IMG/VR virus record: IMGVR_UViG_3300042900_000713
Location: 1-39,885 of that record
From: a virus
Lineage: Duplodnaviria; Heunggongvirae; Uroviricota; Caudoviricetes
Strand: one strand, 5' to 3'
DNA: 39,885 nt
Of the stretch, positions 37,762 through 39,885 are shown in pieces. Under the pieces are notes generated by a model. It did not search any database and had not been told where the DNA came from. It saw only the letters and a program-made list of their open reading frames with translations. Position numbers and translations under genes: made by a program. Numbering within the stretch: position 1 is the first letter of the stretch; each line of letters begins with the position of its first letter.

Positions 37762-38064
37762 TCAGACGCAATACCTACCGACTACAACGGACTCACACGA
37801 TTGCACAATCTTAACGACCAAACCGCTGAAATAGGTTTGGTTACAGATACCTTGCCAACCCTGCGCCAGTAGATCACCCTCTGTCCGAAGAAACTCCGCC
37901 AGAGCATACACTTGCCCCCGGTACTTGAAGAACATCGCAGAATCGAAGTCTGCGTCATTCATGTAGTCAAACTCTTTACGGAGTTTGGTATACTGTGCGC
38001 CGTTAAGTTCAAACGCCGAGATGAGATCGCGGGGAACGAAGTTGGTGGTGATGGCGATAGACAT
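37762..38064 (-). CDS. Hypothetical early-region protein, 100 aa
   Basis: ORF track; preceded by its own GC hairpin and TACACT box. Confidence 0.8.
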   Translation of the reverse strand: MSIAITTNFVPRDLISAFELNGAQYTKLRKEFDYMNDADFDSAMFFKYRGQVYALAEFLRTEGDLLAQGWQGICNQTYFSGLVVKIVQSCESVVVGRYCV

Positions 38065-38084
38065 GATGAGAACGTTTTGAGAAC

Positions 38085-38118
38085 AGTGTACTGAATGGGG
38101 GAGGATTGCGCCTCCCCC
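38085..38118 (-). promoter_or_regulatory. Variant hairpin plus -10 element (GGGGGAGG-cgcaat-CCTCCCCC ... TACACT)
   Basis: 8-bp stem at 38097-38118; TAnnnT box at 38085-38090; lies between the stop at 38126 and the ATG at 38064. Confidence 0.55.
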
Positions 38119-38125
38119 GATTACA

Positions 38126-38302
38126 TCAGGCGTCGAAGGTTTCCATCGCCCAACTCCACAAACTACGGGAATTGATAAGGTCTACGGAATAGGTCTTGCC
38201 AAACCTATTCTTCAAACCGTCAACTACATAACCCTCACGAGAAGAACCCGTGAGGATATAACCGGATTGCTGGCAGTGAGCGAGGATCTGATCGAAGGTC
38301 AT
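38126..38302 (-). CDS. Cassette ORF, hypothetical, 58 aa
   Basis: Below the track cutoff. MTFDQILAHCQQSGYILTGSSREGYVVDGLKNRFGKTYSVDLINSRSLWSWAMETFDA; its ATG is the last triplet of repeat A. Confidence 0.75.
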   Translation of the reverse strand: MTFDQILAHCQQSGYILTGSSREGYVVDGLKNRFGKTYSVDLINSRSLWSWAMETFDA

Positions 38303-38379
38303 CGGTCTCGTGTGCGGTGTTGACTCTGGAATTGTAGCACGGATCCGGGGGGACCGTGAGTCCCCCCTCGCTGGATTCA
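38300..38379 (-). repeat. Intergenic regulatory cassette, copy A (80 nt, stop codon to start codon)
   Basis: Minus strand TGAATCCAGCGA-GGGGGGAC-TCACG-GTCCCCCC-GGATCCGTGC-TACAAT-TCCA-GAGTCAACACCGCAC-ACGAGACCG-ATG. Confidence 0.95.
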
Positions 38380-38634
38380 GACTGCGACCCAGTAGGAATA
38401 GTTCGGGGTATTGTCTAGATCCCGCTGCTCTGCCATGATGTACTCATGACGGAAGTTGTAATGAGCATCGGATGCCCGCCATCCCTGGCACTGATTGTAA
38501 ACATCTTCCAGAGTGCGAGCATAAGCAATAGTGCAGGCGATTCTGCCATCCACAACCTTAGCAACGGCAAACGGGTAACGGTCCGGGGTGAGAATGGTCT
38601 TGAGCGGGGTCGGGGTGATGGTGGAAGCGGTCAT
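38377..38634 (-). CDS. Cassette ORF, hypothetical, 85 aa
   Basis: The likely start is the ATG at 38634 (MTASTITPTPLK...) at the end of repeat B. The track's extension to 38724 merely reads through the repeat. Confidence 0.75.
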   Translation of the reverse strand: MTASTITPTPLKTILTPDRYPFAVAKVVDGRIACTIAYARTLEDVYNQCQGWRASDAHYNFRHEYIMAEQRDLDNTPNYSYWVAV

Positions 38635-38711
38635 CGGTCTCGGGTGCGGTGTTGACTCTGGAATTGTAGCACGGATCCGGGGGGACCGTGAGTCCCCCCT
38701 CGCTGGATTCA
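38632..38711 (-). repeat. Intergenic regulatory cassette, copy B (80 nt)
   Basis: Identical to copy A at 79 of 80 positions by manual alignment. Confidence 0.95.
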
Positions 38712-38897
38712 GTATCCTAACCACACCAGCAGTTCGCCTAGATCTACTCGCCCGAACTTCGCGGTAGTTCCGTACTCTGAACGAAAGTCATTCAGGCAGC
38801 AGTGGTCTTTAGCAACCTCGTAGGCAAGATGCCAGGAGATTGTATCACTATCGTCTGCCGCGTTTTGTAGAATCTGCGGAAGGGTGGCGCTGTTCAT
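38709..38897 (-). CDS. Cassette ORF, hypothetical, 62 aa
   Basis: ATG ends repeat C and TGA begins repeat B. Confidence 0.75.
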   Translation of the reverse strand: MNSATLPQILQNAADDSDTISWHLAYEVAKDHCCLNDFRSEYGTTAKFGRVDLGELLVWLGY

Positions 38898-38974
38898 TGT
38901 GTCGTGTGCGGTGTTGACTCTTTAATCCTAGTCGGTCAGGAGGGGGACCCGTGAGTCCCCCCTTGCTGGATTCA
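38895..38974 (-). repeat. Intergenic regulatory cassette, copy C (80 nt, TAGGAT variant)
   Basis: TGAATCCAGCAAG-GGGGGAC-TCACGG-GTCCCCC-TCCTGACCGAC-TAGGAT-TAAA-GAGTCAACACCGCAC-ACGACACA-ATG. Confidence 0.93.
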
Positions 38975-39187
38975 ATCAACCCATAACGCGTTAGCGATGA
39001 TGCTCGCCGCTCCCCCTATGTCATCTCTGACGATCCTGCGAAGAACTTCCTGCCCCAATTCGGTTTTGTGCATGGCACGGATACCCTCAGCACTTTTGGG
39101 ATCGTATGCAACGACCTTGAATGACTCCGCGATCAGGAGAAGAACCTCGGGGGTGAGGGCGGCAGGGGTGATGGTGGAAGCGGTCAT
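38972..39187 (-). CDS. Cassette ORF, hypothetical, 71 aa
   Basis: ATG ends repeat D and TGA begins repeat C; shares MTASTITP with the ORF at 38634. Confidence 0.75.
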   Translation of the reverse strand: MTASTITPAALTPEVLLLIAESFKVVAYDPKSAEGIRAMHKTELGQEVLRRIVRDDIGGAASIIANALWVD

Positions 39188-39262
39188 CGGTCTCGTGTGC
39201 GGTGTTGACTCTGGAATTGTAGCACGGATCCGGGGGACCCGTGAGTCCCCCAGCAGGATTCA
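39185..39262 (-). repeat. Intergenic regulatory cassette, copy D (78 nt, TACAAT variant)
   Basis: TGAATCCTGCT-GGGGGAC-TCACGG-GTCCCCC-GGATCCGTGC-TACAAT-TCCA-GAGTCAACACCGCAC-ACGAGACCG-ATG. Confidence 0.93.
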
Positions 39263-39433
39263 GATTATCGGTGAGATCACTTCGTTCGAGAATGCATCGG
39301 CGAACTGCGCTGCTAATGCAGTAGCGGGAACACCATAATCGGTCGTGAGCGGATTAAACGTAGAATCGTCATTCTTGCGAGCGACCCAGACGGTGGCGCG
39401 GTCAGAGAGGCGGGATGCTTGTGATAGAATCAT
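39260..39433 (-). CDS. Cassette ORF, hypothetical, 57 aa
   Basis: Below the track cutoff. MILSQASRLSDRATVWVARKNDDSTFNPLTTDYGVPATALAAQFADAFSNEVISPII; bounded by repeats E and D. Confidence 0.7.
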   Translation of the reverse strand: MILSQASRLSDRATVWVARKNDDSTFNPLTTDYGVPATALAAQFADAFSNEVISPII

Positions 39434-39511
39434 GATCGGTCTCGGGTGCGGTGTTGACTCGGTAAGTCTAGCGGGTCAGAGGGGGGACCGTGAGTCCCCC
39501 CGGCAGAATCA
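39431..39511 (-). repeat. Intergenic regulatory cassette, copy E (81 nt, TAGACT variant)
   Basis: TGATTCTGCC-GGGGGGAC-TCACG-GTCCCCCC-TCTGACCCGC-TAGACT-TACC-GAGTCAACACCGCAC-CCGAGACCGATC-ATG. Confidence 0.93.
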
Positions 39512-39682
39512 CCAGATCGCAGGGGATCCGTTCCGGTAGGATCCGATGATCATGCCGTTCTGGCGAACCTCAGCGTACCCATAATCCTGCGAGAGATCCA
39601 GGCAGAGATCCCATGCGCGATCGGCATCGGTGGTTTCGTTCTCCCAGGTGGCAGCGGGGCAGATGACGGAGAGGCGGGTCAT
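39509..39682 (-). CDS. Cassette ORF, hypothetical, 57 aa
   Basis: Below the track cutoff. MTRLSVICPAATWENETTDADRAWDLCLDLSQDYGYAEVRQNGMIIGSYRNGSPAIW; bounded by repeats F and E. Confidence 0.75.
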   Translation of the reverse strand: MTRLSVICPAATWENETTDADRAWDLCLDLSQDYGYAEVRQNGMIIGSYRNGSPAIW

Positions 39683-39767
39683 GGTCTCGTGTGCGGTGTT
39701 GACTCTGTAATCCTAGTCGGTCAGGAGGGGGAACCGTGAGTCCCCCGTGCCAGTTGCTAGATTGTCA
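39680..39767 (-). repeat. Intergenic regulatory cassette, copy F (88 nt, TAGGAT variant, divergent 5' end)
   Basis: TGACAATCTAGCAACTGGCAC-GGGGGACTCACGGTTCCCCC-TCCTGACCGAC-TAGGAT-TACA-GAGTCAACACCGCAC-ACGAGACC-ATG. Confidence 0.9.
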
Positions 39768-39885
39768 CATCGCCCAGAGATCATCTACCGTACACTCCAT
39801 CATCGCGGCAAATTGCTCACAACTAAGTGAGTAATCTATCGGAGACAGTGTAGGAATGTCATTCTCCCAGACTACATTAAACTCT
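39765..39885 (-). CDS. 3' end of another short ORF (start lies outside the window)
   Basis: Open frame ...EFNVVWENDIPTLSPIDYSLSCEQFAAMMECTVDDLWAM*, ending at the TGA that opens copy F. Confidence 0.55.
   Translation of the reverse strand, partial: EFNVVWENDIPTLSPIDYSLSCEQFAAMMECTVDDLWAM

Noticed and set aside
38635-38724. N-terminal extension of ORF 38377..38724 (MVRILNPARG...)
   Set aside because: It only reads through repeat B; the ATG at 38634 occupies the same position as in the other copies.
39345-39539. Plus-strand ORFs in the GC-rich region (also 37912, 38446 and 38997)
   Set aside because: They are antisense to the cassette ORFs and cross the repeats. Such shadows are expected in GC-rich DNA.
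38300-39767. CRISPR array interpretation of the repeats
   Set aside because: The repeats are about 80 nt, the intervening segments are about 170-250 nt and encode intact ORFs, and no cas gene is in the window.
38300-39767. Integron attC sites
   Set aside because: There is no RYYYAAC...GTTRRRY pair spanning the element, the palindrome is a short internal stem, and no integrase is in the window.
39793-39814. Small hairpin TTGCTCAC-aactaa-GTGAGTAA
   Set aside because: It is short, AT-rich, imperfect and inside an open frame, so it is likely chance.

Overview
This window is part of a T4-like myophage genome, most consistent with a cyanomyovirus; host and habitat cannot be shown from the sequence. 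Every credible gene is on the minus strand. Positions 1-35768 hold the late virion module, read right to left: g25, g6, giant g7, g8, a DUF4815/VrlC-like protein, two small ORFs, g13, g14, g15, g16, a 650-aa modular ORF, g17, a Zn-ribbon ORF, g18, g19 and the 5' half of g20. ATAAATA late-promoter motifs precede several of these genes. Positions 35798-37507 hold small ORFs, a GT-A-like protein, a sigma70 promoter and a terminator. From about 37600 the DNA turns visibly GC-rich (estimated by eye) and becomes an array of short unknown ORFs separated by six copies of a 78-88 nt intergenic cassette. Each cassette runs from the TGA of one ORF to the ATG of the next. It carries a G-rich palindrome whose TCACGG loop sits at the -35 position, a TAnnnT -10 box and an invariant 15-nt leader. 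This array is the most interesting structure, followed by the 650-aa ORF, which looks like a polyprotein cut by the prohead protease. No tRNA, CRISPR, integrase, intein or auxiliary metabolic gene was recognised. Family names come from recalled motifs, not database searches.
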